64,000 bases of DNA from Paraphysomonas bandaiensis (lineage: Eukaryota > Protista > Chrysophyceae), in NCBI GenBank assembly GCA_965644295.1, contig CBFFRP010000255.1, positions 186,001 to 250,000 on the forward strand, in the 5' to 3' direction. The notes beneath the pieces are model-generated. The model was not told the origin of the DNA. It saw nothing but the letters and a program-made list of their open reading frames with translations, and did not search any database. The stretch's first letter is position 1. The number at the start of each line of letters is the position of its first letter. Position numbers and translations under genes: made by a program. This document shows, piece after piece, positions 43,854 through 58,907 of the stretch.

Positions 43854-46274
43854 CTAACCTCTACATTCCGCTAAAAAAAAGAATTACAAGATTACGTTCA
43901 ATTAAGATACAGCATTACCTAGCTCTCTAGTCAGTGCCTCGGACAACTTCAACGAAAGCTTCCGGAATTCTTCCGTTCTTTTCTTCATCATTTCTTCAAT
44001 CTCAATATCTTTTTCATTTACCTACAAACATCATGATGAATGCTCCTATTATGGTAGGACTGTAGTTACATACCTTGTGCTTTAACCTCTCACATTCATT
44101 GTTCGCCTGATTTAAAGCACTTTGCAGCGAAGTAATTTTTTCTTCATTATCCGATACTCTGCATAAGTAGCATAACACAAAAAATTTATTCAACCCCAGC
44201 ACAACACCTTCGGTCCAAAGAAACACACTCTTTAGCATGCTTATCACATTCCGACTCCGCAGCCTGCAGCTTTTCTCTCAGTGATCTATTCTGCGTTCTC
44301 ATCTCCTTTTCTTCTTCCTATTGAATTCAATAAGCACGTATATCGCTATTTCGGCATCTACACTCACTCTACAAATAGTCAAAGAGTTCTGCAAGTCATC
44401 AAGTTGCCTCTTATGATCGCTACGCATTCCCTGTCATAAAACCGTTAGTAAAAAATGTATAAACAACCAATATAGCTAACACCTTAATATCATCAAGCAT
44501 TCCCTGACAGCGAGCTTCGTAATCATTTCTTACAGCGTAAGCTGCTTCCAACCTGATCAAAATCACTTACAAAGGTACACAATTTAGAAAATATACGAAC
44601 CGCTGCTTGAGATCGTCTATCATTTTCTCCGCCCTCGTACGCTCACTTTCTCGAGCAGAAGCAGCAGACTCCTCGCACCTAAAAATATTAATTACTAGAG
44701 AGGACATAATATATAATAGTGGTATTACTTCTGAGTAATCTGTAATTGAAGAGTGGACAATTCAGCACAGCTCTCTGAGTACTTTTCCTGCGCAAACCAA
44801 ATAGTCAAAAGTTATTCCTCAGAGCACTCAAACCGTACGTTTATAAGGGCAACTTCGTTCGAAAGAGAGGAAATTCTCTCCGCTGCTGCAGCAGTGCTCT
44901 CCGCCGCTGCTTTGCGTACTTTATTTATTTCTTCCAAACACCTGCTCTGCTCTGTAGCGAGGGCAGCCTCAGCTTGACTACGAGTACGTTCCAGCTCACT
45001 CTCAGCAGCTTCCGCGCGCTCTTTCGCCCTAGAGACAAAGAATAACTACCAAATATGATCACATATTTGTGAGGCTATAACCTATCAAGCGCTGCCGTCG
45101 CTGCATGTGCCTCCGCTGCCGCTTTAGACTCCTGTAGGAAGCAGACATGTTACTTTATATCGTAGAATGAGGAATATCAAATTCACACTTTGATAGTGAG
45201 GTCAGAACATTTAGACTGCAATGCTCGTAACTCCTCATGCAGAGCGTCAAGCTCCTCTTGCGACTGTCTCTGCATGCGTTCGAGCTGTATCTGTAAGTGG
45301 TCTATACTGTCTCTAGCTTTTCGGAGGCGCTCTCGAAGGGCATCCCTCTCTGCAGCACAGGCCTTCACCTCTGCGCTCATGTCCGCGATTTCTTTTTTAT
45401 ATTGTTCCGCTGCTTCTTCCCGCTCTCGACCCCATGCTTCTTGAGCCACCGCAAACTCGTTCATTTGCTCTGAAATGCGAAGTTTAGCGGCCCGAAGTGC
45501 TTCATCCAGCTCATTAATCTTGTGCTGATCTCGCAATGTGAGTTGCTCTAAATCTGTAATGCGTATAGCAGACGCATCTAGCTGGCGTTGAGCATCTGCA
45601 AATTTTCTCACTTCAACGGACAACTGCTGCTTGAGGCGTTCATTTTCCCTTTTCAAATCCGCAATGCACTTCTCAAAGTCTGGTTGCGGTGGCTTCTCAG
45701 GAGGAGGGGGCGTGGGGGGACGTGGCTCTTCCTGCCGATACAGGCCATTATTCCATTTATCTACTTTATCGAGTACTTCGCCGCTAACTAAGTTCCCAGC
45801 AAGTAATATTACCAAGGGGGTTGATCGACCCCTGAATGCAGCTTCAAACGCCATTGCACCGTCATCACTGATTTGGTTCCATCTTAAATCTATGTGCCTC
45901 AGCGTTTTATTCCCAATAATAACATTCGCAAGAGCGACAGCGCCATCGTCACAAACTCCATTGTTTCTTAGATCTAGATGAACAAGAGAAGAGTTCTTTT
46001 CGAAGGCACTCGCAATGAATGAAGTTCCTGAAGATCCCAACTGGTTCCACTCTAATGATAGTATCTGAAGACTGTTGTTTCGTCTCAGCATCTCTGATAT
46101 GGCCTGTGCGCCTCTACTTCCCAAACAGTTACCTCGAAGGATAAGACGAGTGGTTTTACAGTAGTCTGTGTCTTGTGAAGAGAGTTTAGCACATAACTTG
46201 GCACAGTTCTCATCTCCTATGAACTTATCTATGCACAGCACCTCATCAGATGAGAAACTGAAGAGATCGTTCAT
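43854..46274 (-). CDS. LRR plus coiled-coil protein, LRRC45-like (centrosome linker)
   Basis: RI-like LRRs (LILRGNCLG, LSLEWNQLG, LDLRNNGV, IDLRWNQI) followed by a long coiled coil in many small exons; 3' end inferred. Confidence 0.8.
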
Positions 46275-46787
46275 TGTGTGCACTGGAATTATTGTGACAA
46301 TCTCTCGTAAGTGTGATAGATCGATATCGAGTAAACGAGTAGCTTATGAGGGAGAGCCGTGTATACACCCCTCTGCTGTATGACCATATTTAAATCCTAC
46401 ACATCTGGACATACGGAGTCAGAGTACCGGATACATACTCTCGTATCAGCTGTAGATATTGGCACAAAGTATTATCAGAAAACCCAATTTTTCATCAACC
46501 AGATTTCTCCAAACTCAATTTTTAGCACCTGGAAAACACAGTGCTTTCAAGAGATTTTGGGGTACCGGTATCAGAAATCCCCATATAAAAAAGCACAATT
46601 TTCGACGATAGCAGTAGAAAGATGCAAAAGCAAGTGTCATTGCTGTGTACGAGTAGACTATGATGATACTGCATGTAGATGCATCTCACTGATGTACAGT
46701 AAATAGACGCTATTCTATGCGCATCCGCAGAGGAAATATATTGTATAATAGTTTTCTTCTCCTGTAGACTGATTGCTTCTTTCAACC

Positions 46788-48317
46788 ATGGCCAATGAAA
46801 GCAGCTGTCTTCCTGCCTCTGCTCCGGCTGATGCCGATACCAAAAATCGAATTAACAAACTTATCGGCTATGTTGTTAGAAACGGCCAGGAATTCGAAGA
46901 TATGGTTCGTAAAAAAGAGGAATCTAACCCAAAGTTTAGTTTCCTGCAAGGTGGAGAGCATTCTGCATACTATAAATGGGCGCTATTCTGCTCTAGGCGC
47001 CATTACAGTGATGAGGAGGTTCGTCGAATCGAAGCCTCCCATTGCAATAGACTCAAGGAAGTCCCACCTGGATCACTCGAACTCACACCAGAAGATAAGC
47101 AGTCGTTTAAGTCCATGCTTGCTAATAATACTGGATCAAAAGAATGTGTGAAAGGACTTAGGAAATGGACGGCTTTACGGTCACATTCAATGGTGTCTAT
47201 AGCTGAAGAAATGCAACTCTTTGCAACTACGGTACCATACGGATCAACACCCCAAGCAGTTGTTTTTACAAAACTTCTTCATATGGTATACGTAGTGAAT
47301 GATATATTTTTCAACCGATCCTCTGCTACAATGCGTGGTCCCTATACTGATATTTTAGGAAGTGAATGGGACGCCCCTGCGGTTGATGTGGTGTCCTGCT
47401 TTTATCCCCGACTATCTCAAATAATGCGAGATGCATATACACATGCAGTGGAAGAAAGTGGGAAACAAAAGCTTGTTCGTATTATTGATCTATGGGTTGC
47501 GAAGGGGTTTTTGGTTGCTGACCAACGCGACACTCTGTTGAGTGCTATGCGGTCATCCGAAGTGCCGCCTCCGCCTTCGACCAAGTTGCATTCTCCCTAC
47601 CCATTGGATCTTCCAGCTCCTCCAGCTCCTCCAGGACCACCTCTTCAGCCTCCTCCTCCACTACAAGTACCTAGTCCAAACTTACCGTGCCCTCCTGGAC
47701 CCTTTGCTGCCGGTGGTCCTCCCCCCCCACCAGGCTTACCCCCACCTCCTGCTCCTCTTTTCAAAGTAGACTTACGCACATGCTCAGTGGGAACCATGGT
47801 AAATGTCATTAGAGCTGCTCTGGCTGTGGGACAGAAAAAATATTCTCCCTTGCCAGCAACTGCTGCTCATCACACACCCTCTCCCTATGTTGAGCCTGGC
47901 AGACTGGAGGCGAGGGTGGGTGAGTACTACAGGAAAGTTAATAAAGTTTTAGGGAGGGAGGATGTCGACAATCATCAATGGGGAAGGGGTGCGACCAGAG
48001 ACAGAAGCGATTCCGTGGATGAGAGCAACATCGCTAAAAGATCTAAATTGAGTGCTCATGAGAGCAGACCAGCAGAAGTTATTGCCGACGACAACGTCGG
48101 GCACACTATGTTACGAGGTCTTGGGTGGCAGAAAGGAGGTGGCCTTGGTGCGAATGGCTCTGGTGTAGTTGATCCAGTGCAACCTCAAGGTAATGCCGAC
48201 AAAAGGGGTGTGGGTGCTGGGAATTCTTCATCTGGGTTGGGCAGTAGTGAATACTTAGAGTATCGTGGAATGATGAGTTCTGATTACAAAACAAGATTTG
48301 CAGATCGCCATAGCTAA
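46788..48317 (+). CDS. SURP / CID / proline-rich / G-patch protein (CHERP-like)
   Basis: SURP (INKLIGYVVRNGQEFE...FSFL...YYKW), CID (KLLHMVYVVNDI), poly-Pro, G-patch (NVGHTMLRGLGWQKGGGLG). Confidence 0.9.
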   Translation: MANESSCLPASAPADADTKNRINKLIGYVVRNGQEFEDMVRKKEESNPKFSFLQGGEHSAYYKWALFCSRRHYSDEEVRRIEASHCNRLKEVPPGSLELTPEDKQSFKSMLANNTGSKECVKGLRKWTALRSHSMVSIAEEMQLFATTVPYGSTPQAVVFTKLLHMVYVVNDIFFNRSSATMRGPYTDILGSEWDAPAVDVVSCFYPRLSQIMRDAYTHAVEESGKQKLVRIIDLWVAKGFLVADQRDTLLSAMRSSEVPPPPSTKLHSPYPLDLPAPPAPPGPPLQPPPPLQVPSPNLPCPPGPFAAGGPPPPPGLPPPPAPLFKVDLRTCSVGTMVNVIRAALAVGQKKYSPLPATAAHHTPSPYVEPGRLEARVGEYYRKVNKVLGREDVDNHQWGRGATRDRSDSVDESNIAKRSKLSAHESRPAEVIADDNVGHTMLRGLGWQKGGGLGANGSGVVDPVQPQGNADKRGVGAGNSSSGLGSSEYLEYRGMMSSDYKTRFADRHS

Positions 48318-48959
48318 GCTCACTTGCTTTTTAGTAATCGATGTTGCATGCTGAACTGATATACCACTTAGTTATTAATTAGTATCTGTATTAATACATA
48401 ATTATCCCCATTTTGTCTCGAAGAAGTGTTTATTAGCCTGAATCAGGTTCAACAGACCGCTCATATTAACACCAGGAAAATATACACATTCAACTACAAT
48501 ATTAGGTTCAAACAGATACCATCACTTCTGAAAATAAGTTATCTTTATAACTTATAACCATGACTTCGCAGCAACTTCAAGAATTAGGAGTAGTGACATC
48601 CAGTCCTCTCAGGGTGGTACCTATCAGTCTATCAGAATGGTGTGCTTATCAGGATGACATTCGCGTCATTTGCACTTGACTTGTACTTATAAATGTGATT
48701 ATGCCAACGGCATCAAAATGCCTCGCGTATACGACAGCAGGGTTTCCACATGCGATATTATTGGCATAATGCAATGTGATCTAGAATTTTGTTGCATACA
48801 TTGAAGCATAGCGATGTTTTTTCTAGTACACAAAATACTAATTTAAAGAACTACGGTATGAATTAATGTCGTTTCATACTTATATATTTCTTATTAGCAA
48901 ATTATTATAGTAGGTGCAAAGAACCTTAAAATGATATCACTCGGTTCCATTTAATAATG

Positions 48960-49664
48960 CTACCTTTGATTAATTGCAAAAAAAGCGACTCCTACAACAC
49001 TGATAATGCCCATACAAAACCCAGACCCAGCCATCCATTTAAACTTTTTTTGGTCATTTAAGGAACTATCGAGGTGGTGCTTCGTCTTCCGAAGCTCCTG
49101 TAAAAGTAAGTCTCTTTCCCTCCTCGTCGATTCCAGCTCCATATTCATTTGGTCAATAACTACTTTTCGGGCATTAAGTGCTTCAGTTGTAACTACAGCA
49201 TTTGCGGATCGTGATACAGCATCATATATCATACCAAACTGATCAGTCTTCGCCATGCGCTCTGCTGTTTGCTTTGCACAGACTTCGATTTCCACTATCA
49301 CACCTTCTTTCTTCCTATCTACTAACGCAGATATATCAGCAATATGCTTCTGTAAATGCGCTTTAATAGCATCATCATTAGCCACAAATGAAGGAAAATA
49401 CACGTTCATTTCGCGTCTCAGTAATTGAGGTATATCACTTGTAATGTACTCGTTGACAACCTTTCGCGCCATATCCGGGACTCTCTCACTGATACGAGAA
49501 TCACACTTCCTCATAAGATCCGACCATATGTCCCATTTATCGAGCTCTCTCACCCAGAACTCTTTGTTCTGTTGTTTCTGCAGTTCTTCACGGGCGGCAT
49601 TCTTCGCTACTTCTATAATCACATTCTGATTTAAAGGGAGAGAAGGGTCTGAATATTCAGGCAT
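48960..49664 (-). CDS. Uncharacterised coiled-coil protein with C-terminal transmembrane anchor
   Basis: 234-aa ATG-initiated ORF with a hydrophobic C-terminus. Confidence 0.65.
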   Translation of the reverse strand: MPEYSDPSLPLNQNVIIEVAKNAAREELQKQQNKEFWVRELDKWDIWSDLMRKCDSRISERVPDMARKVVNEYITSDIPQLLRREMNVYFPSFVANDDAIKAHLQKHIADISALVDRKKEGVIVEIEVCAKQTAERMAKTDQFGMIYDAVSRSANAVVTTEALNARKVVIDQMNMELESTRRERDLLLQELRKTKHHLDSSLNDQKKFKWMAGSGFCMGIISVVGVAFFAINQR

Positions 49665-49959
49665 ATCTCACTCGGGGTGGTGCAGATAGGAGAACCACTG
49701 CACTGGATCATATATATGCTGTGTATATATGTGTGTGTACACGACTCATGATACCATATCCCACTGCGGCATCCCATATATGGGATACAGTTATCCCTAC
49801 TGGAGTACAGCCGTATACCATACTATACCGTACTCCAGCTCATAGGCATCTGCAGATAGATACAGCAGACTCAGGCTAGTGATGCAACACTCCGCACCCC
49901 CTCAGCCCTCTCCCTTGAAAGCACAACCACGTGTTGTCCTGTAGCAATCTCTCTACTTG

Positions 49960-51085
49960 ATGTTATCCTCCCCCCTAGTGGTTGCAGGCGGGGCCATAGG
50001 ACTGATATCTCTCTCTCTCCTTCCTAAACTATTAGCATATCAGGAGACAGACTACATCTCATGGGACGACACAGCACCACACTGGTTTGCTAGAGTATAC
50101 TTTGGAAGCATATTCCGATTCTGTAAGTTCTGGAATGACTTCGAAGTGCATGGGTTGGATAAAGTGCCGTCTAATAACTGTCTGTTGGTCGGCTATCACA
50201 GTCGATGTACACTCGATGTATTCATGGCCACCTCATATATTCGACCATCCACCATAATATCTTACATGTCAGTACGATACTGAACAAGTGTTATTGTTTT
50301 TCACATTTTTTAGGTTCTATACTGTTCCTGGAATAGAGTGGATGCTGAATGCTCTTGGTTGCTTACCGAATCGAACGAAAAGACACGGCTCTCCAGAAGA
50401 AACCTTTATCAACACAGTTGTTCACGGGAGTAAACCTGTACTTTTGCTACCAGGTGGCGCACATGAGTGTGAAAAAATGATGAATGAGCGGTATCAGATA
50501 AAGTGGAAAGAGGAGCCTGGCTTTGCCCGCATTCTTCTGCGGTCACCTGACCGTCCGGGAGCTAACACCAGCGTTGTCCCATTTTACACTAACAATTGCG
50601 AAGAACTCTACTACACTACTCAGTGGTGGCATGATACAAGTGGGCAGTTAATGCGAAATGGGTTGAAGGCGGTACGCCAAGGAAGCTTCTGGTTAGTACC
50701 AGCAATGACTGTTCTCGGCCTGTTTTCTCTAGGATTATTTCTAGTGCCACGCTCAGTCAAGGTAGATCTGTACTTTGGAAACCCTGTTGTTCCTCGACCT
50801 AATGAATCGCCGAAATCATTTGCCGCTCGGGTGAGTGATGCTGCGCAGGAGTTAATGGATTCTGTACGTGCCAAGCATCAATCTAAAGAATACCAGGATA
50901 CTGAGAGGACTAGAGTATCAAAGTACTTGCGCTATCCACTTTACGGTATATATATAATTGTTCAAAATTCTGCGATAGCTCTAGGTATTATATTCGTGAA
51001 TATATGCATATTACCCTTTGCTATGCTACTACAATTTGTGTCGAAAATGTTTTTTAGAAAAGCCACACATTCTAAATCAGCTTAG
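49960..51085 (+). CDS. TMEM68/DGAT2-like acyltransferase
   Basis: EVHGLDKVP...VGYHSRCTLD (HxxxxD-like), LLPGGAHE, W...GFARI, YFGNPV; one intron at ~50268-50312. Confidence 0.82.
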
Positions 51086-51561
51086 GTATGTAGTGTGGTG
51101 TGAGCTGGCATCTTAGACAGCCACAGTGTGTAATCAATGAATATAAGAACGACTTTACATTAAAGACTGTACTGAATTAGTCAACTGGCGTTATAACTAC
51201 ATTAGAGAATAGAAGTCATTTAGATGATATATTTTCTCACTGTCCATTTTTTCTAAGGCGGGAGGCCAAACATAGTTGCATTAGAAAAGAAGAATGCCCA
51301 ACATATAGTAACTAAATTGTGATCAGCACACGATATTTTGTTGAAGTACGTCAAGCTATAGTAACTTTTTACTTAAAGAGTACACCGCTAAAAGTATAAT
51401 ATCTGCTCGTATCCCACTGGTGTTCAACTCTCTACTTCCTTCCAGGATTTTTCTCTGCTACTGGCTAAAAATGAACCTTCCCCCACCAGTAAATCAAAAC
51501 TTTTTGCAGGGCCTTCACCCACATATAAGGGAAGGCCACCAAAGCATTATATCACAGTTCT

Positions 51562-51781
51562 CGCTCAATAAAGTCGGACTCACACCTTTTCATGGTGTTC
51601 TGGAGATTAAGTACCTAACGTAAACCGAATACATAGTCAACAGATAATTTTCTGTCGACTCATAGCCAAATGCTTGTGTGGTACAAGAGGACACAAGCAA
51701 CTTTCTAAGTGTTTTATAGTAGGATATTAAAGTTAATCACTGACTCTTAAACGCCTATTGCTAATATAAAGACATTCACTA
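51562..51781 (+). mobile_element. Internally deleted copy of the ribozyme-headed SINE with 11-bp TSD
   Basis: Both family termini present. TSD ATCACAGTTCT at 51551-51561 and 51782-51792. Confidence 0.85.
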
Positions 51782-52839
51782 ATCACAGTTCTGTGACGCA
51801 CTCGTTGGAACGAGTGCCCTAAAGTTTTAATCGTTACTTTTTGAGCCCAATGCTGCAAATTTTTCATGACCATATTTCAAAAATACAAGATAACGGGGAA
51901 TATTTTCAGACTGATACGATATTGGAGCTCAATACTGTCACTAAGCTGAATTCGGTAACAAGAGGATAGATTCTGATTCTAATATGGTTTTAAGATAAGT
52001 TAGTCCTGCGAATTTCATTATGACACCGAATGCGTGTATTACATGATGCAGAAGAAAGAACTGCCACACTACGGAAGCTTAGTGCTTCAAAAGCATTTCA
52101 TGTCCCTTGTACCACTACCTGTCATAAGTAGCTAGAAACTACAGTGTGTTTCATTAATAGTAATATATATATATTTAAAGTGATATTATATTGCATCTAA
52201 TCATGTGTTGTCTGTGTATAATATATAGTTACACGTTGATGTGAGATTTTCATAAGTATTATTACAGTAGATTTATTATATATTTTTTCTTCTTGATATA
52301 ATATGTAAACTTTTGTCAAGTAGTGTTGAGATTAAAAATTATAATTTTGTCTTGAAAGTACGTTGTGTGTAAGCAAGGTTCAGGTTTACGAGCAATGCAA
52401 GGTCAATTTTGCTCAGTGTAATGTCCAATTCTATCATGGTAGCAAAGGAAGAAGACAATCAGTTGCTGAAGTTTGACAAGTGTCAAGCTGATGTATCATG
52501 TATCAGCAGCTCTGAAGTGTCCAATTCGGACTCTGTGAAACTAAACTTCACAGAAAGGAAGCCATTCCCCAAATGGACACTCAAAAGTACCAACAGTGAT
52601 ATCAGTCAAGTAGAAAGGTGTTGTTCAGCCGGGATAATATATTAAGACTGATTTCTATTTAAAACTGCTGCTTTCTAGCTAACTAAATGTGCGAGGGTTT
52701 TAAAATAACAAATACATCAACTAGTAGTCCTTAGATTAATAAGTGTATAAGTGTGATACACATGATATTTAATTTGGAGTTCAGGACAAAGTGGATACTA
52801 TATACTTCTACACACAATTCAATGGAAACATCTAAATTT

Positions 52840-55657
<2,818 letters not shown>

Positions 55658-56056
55658 TTGTTTGAGTATAGTTGATTTAAGAGTTCATGCGGATGTTAAT
55701 GATACTCATCTAATCTGAGGAACAAACCACCCCCACCCATACACACATATGCATATAGGACCGTACACATGCACATCTGTACATGTGTACTGACATATAG
55801 TAGTACAGTACAGAGGTACATATATACATAAAATTGGCAGAACTGAAAACTGTTGGCGGTTATTTGTATGAATGTTGTTGCTATGTGTTTGAAATCAATG
55901 CAAAGGTTGATGTTTGCACTGCATGGTCACTAGAGTATGGTATGAGATGACTTCATGAATGGAATTTTTGTGAATTGTGAAAATACTTTCATTGGAGGCG
56001 TTCCTCTGAGTGGATAATTGGCACTTAGACACTTACAGAATTAGTTGTATCTTGAT

Positions 56057-57682
56057 ATGGCGAAAAACTCCCCACCAAGAGTCTCCTCGGGTGGAAGCGT
56101 AGATCTGGATGAGTAAGTAGTGGACATGCAGATTTGAATAGTGTATGATATATTTGTGTTAATATAAAGAAATATAAAGAAGCTGATCGCGAAGCACAAA
56201 ACACTAAAGAAAAGAAGCCACCTCGACAATGAGGTATCGAGGAACAATCTGTTGTTGAGAAAGTATGATACTTGTAGGGCTCTTGCTCTTAAAGCGGTAT
56301 GTTAAACGCACCTTCCTCACAAAGTACTTATCTTTTGATTAGAGAGCGAAGGCGGAAGAGGCGCGCAGAATTAAAAAAAATACTGCGAAGATTGCTGAAC
56401 AAGAAGACAAAGAATTTATGGAGAGGGTATCAAGTGCGAACTTTTCTGTTGATGTGTTAGCTTCTCCTCAACGTGGAAAGATGAGACCCAGAAGTGCCCC
56501 TGCCACCCGCAACAGTAGGAACACCTCTAATAGCGAAAAAGCGTATGGTCTCTCCCCGCCACCTACCCCTCCGAGTGCAACCCCCGTTGTTCCAGGACCT
56601 TCTTCTTCACCAATGAGGTCGAGATCTCCTACTGGATCTACTTACAACCCCGACCAGTGGTGGTATGACACACATTTGCAGGGAAGTGGATCCCGGTCTA
56701 AATTACGTCCTAGCTCTGCGAATGGTACGAGAAGGCCAAAGTCAGGGAAGTCTACAAGCAGGACGGGTAAATATGATAACGAAATGTCTCGTGAAGAGCT
56801 CAAGGACCACTTAAGGGTATGTTGAAACATGCTTAATACAGGGTGCAGTTTTGTAATTGCTTTGGTGTGTAGTCGACTCGTGGTATGCGACCAAAACGTG
56901 TTCCTCCCTCTGTGCATCTCAGAAACTACCGCCAAAAGCAACAGGAGCATCTGGACACCATTGCAGCTGTTGTGATGGAAGAAGCCTTTGTAATGGAATC
57001 TCGGTGCGTTCCACGTATTGATCATTTATTGGCTATATTGACTAGTTGCAGGGCATACGCCTGCGTTGAGGAGGCGAACGCTTATTGTAAGGCTCTGGGT
57101 CTCAAGAGGCGATACAGTGTGTATGCCCGCAATGCACAAGAAAATGCTCATAACAGGACAATGGCCAAGGCAGCGAGTGCACCTTTGTTGGGTGTGACTG
57201 CGGCGCAAACAAGGGCGGAGATGGAGAAGACCGTAGGAAGTGGAGCTGGTGCACGCATTGAACGCATGATGATTGAAGTGATGGGACAACCCGGGGAGCC
57301 TACACAGCTGCTATCGCTGAGTAAATTCTACAGCGAGCATGATAAGCTACAAATGGAAGTTCGAAGGCGCAGAAATTTAATGCCATCAAACCAACGCGCA
57401 CAGGAAATGAGAAACGAAAAGGAGGAGGTAAAATCGAAACAGAACAACCTCGTGAAGCGACGGGGCATTAAACAAGGCTCTATCCAAATGGATGGGGATA
57501 CGAATATAGCTGCAATCACAAGCAAGAAGAAAAGTAAACATCCAACGGATGTTAAGTTAAGTAAAGCTGAGACGGAGGAGCATTTAAATAGAATTTTAGC
57601 TGAAACTAAGGATGTCACCAAAGTACTGGAAGATCAGCTTCGAGAGCTTCAAACAAGGGGCTGGAACGAAAATATATTGTAG
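56057..57682 (+). CDS. Uncharacterised basic protein with RPxSA motifs
   Basis: Spliceable exons from 56057 onward, including ORFs 56418-56825 and 56885-57682; no recognised domain. Confidence 0.65.
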
Positions 57683-58009
57683 TGTTGCCTTATGTGTAGA
57701 ATGTACATATAGTTGACAGTGTCGTATGACTACTTTCGTGAAATATGCGATTATGGTATGGTTGCTGGTCATTTATTTTAATCGAATTCTTTCTGGATTA
57801 TTGAGCAGAGATTATCTTAATAATAAACTTCATGCGTAGACGCGTAAGGTAGTTCGTTCGATCGCACTGTGTTTGGTTCCAGAAATGTCATTCGTACAAC
57901 GAGATGTCACATCATGTAAATTCTAAACAATTACGACATCTAACCACCAATCATACACCATACTCATAACTTGGTACTGCACTGAAGATTAGTTTATAGA
58001 TATTTATCA

Positions 58010-58104
58010 CCCTCAACAAAGTCGGGCTCGCACCTTGTCGTGGTGTTCTGAGGTCTGAGGGATAAGTACCGGAGAGATTCTCTCTGGGAAACTAACGTGA
58101 GCCC
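58010..58104 (+). ncRNA. Putative HDV-like self-cleaving ribozyme (ingi/L1Tc Pr77-type)
   Basis: Nested pseudoknot pairings: P1 CCCUCA/UGAGGG, P2 GGGCUC/GAGCCC, P3 CAC/GUG, P4 CCGGAGAG/CUCUCUGG closed by AGUA/GAA, and J4/2 CUAA. Confidence 0.65.
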
Positions 58105-58516
58105 CAAACATAGTAGATATTCTTCTGTCCACTCATAGCTGAATGCTTGTGTGGTACAAGGGACACCAATAAGTGTCACTTGTGTAGACGTCTTTGGGCC
58201 CTGACGAATAAACAGGCATCCGGGAATGGGCCCACCTCAAGGGCATCCGGGATAGGGCCCACCTGAAGGGTAACCGGGGTATTGGGCTGCCTGCTGAAGT
58301 CAAGCATCCGGGATATTCACCTTAAGAACTCAGAGCGTAAGTGGTCGCACCTTGGTGCTTGCGGCGACGCACAAGCAGCTTCCGTAGCCTTAAAAAAATG
58401 TAGGAAGTGTGCATTGATTAGTTACAGGTAGAGGTCTAACTAGTTTGTCTAGCATTCATCTAGCTACTAAGTTGGTGCAGGTTTTTAAAGCCTATTGCTA
58501 ATAATAAGACTTTCAA
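58010..58516 (+). mobile_element. Full-length ribozyme-headed SINE with 15-bp TSD
   Basis: Starts CCCTCAACAAAG. TSD TATAGATATTTATCA at 57995-58009 and 58517-58531. No ORF and no poly(A). Confidence 0.95.
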
Positions 58517-58907
58517 TATAGATATTTATCATGCGTAAGAGTTGTAACTTGTAACCTATCAATGTAGCTATAGTCAGGAGTAATACAGGAGGATAATGGT
58601 TATTAGACTTTGATTGATTTTGAAAACTCATACAGCGAATTTTACTGAAGTATACCTCTTTATTTATCGTGTCTGCCCCACAGCAAATTTTCATGTATAT
58701 TATATCTTGGTAGTTCCAGGTTACAATATACTACAAACTGAAAACTGACGTTCTGACAACTATTGAGTATTGAATGCTCCTTTCTGAGTGCGTACTTAGG
58801 TAGACCACTGAGTATATTTATTTCGATCATGAGAGTTAAGCTTGGCGGTGAATAAGATGATTTTAACGGAGCACTGATTTTTTAAATACAAAAACAATAT
58901 CACAGTA

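Noticed and set aside
51798-51817. Perfect 9-bp hairpin GCACTCGTT-GG-AACGAGTGC
   Set aside because: Single occurrence with no supporting element boundaries.
58195-58220. Hammerhead-like CUGACGA core inside the SINE
   Set aside because: No stem II followed by GAAA and no stem III/NUH arrangement; it simply forms CCUG/CAGG.
58338-58362. AAGTGG..CACC..GGTGCTT resembling a tracrRNA/omegaRNA 3' hairpin
   Set aside because: Short chance similarity; no Cas, TnpB or Fanzor ORF in the window.
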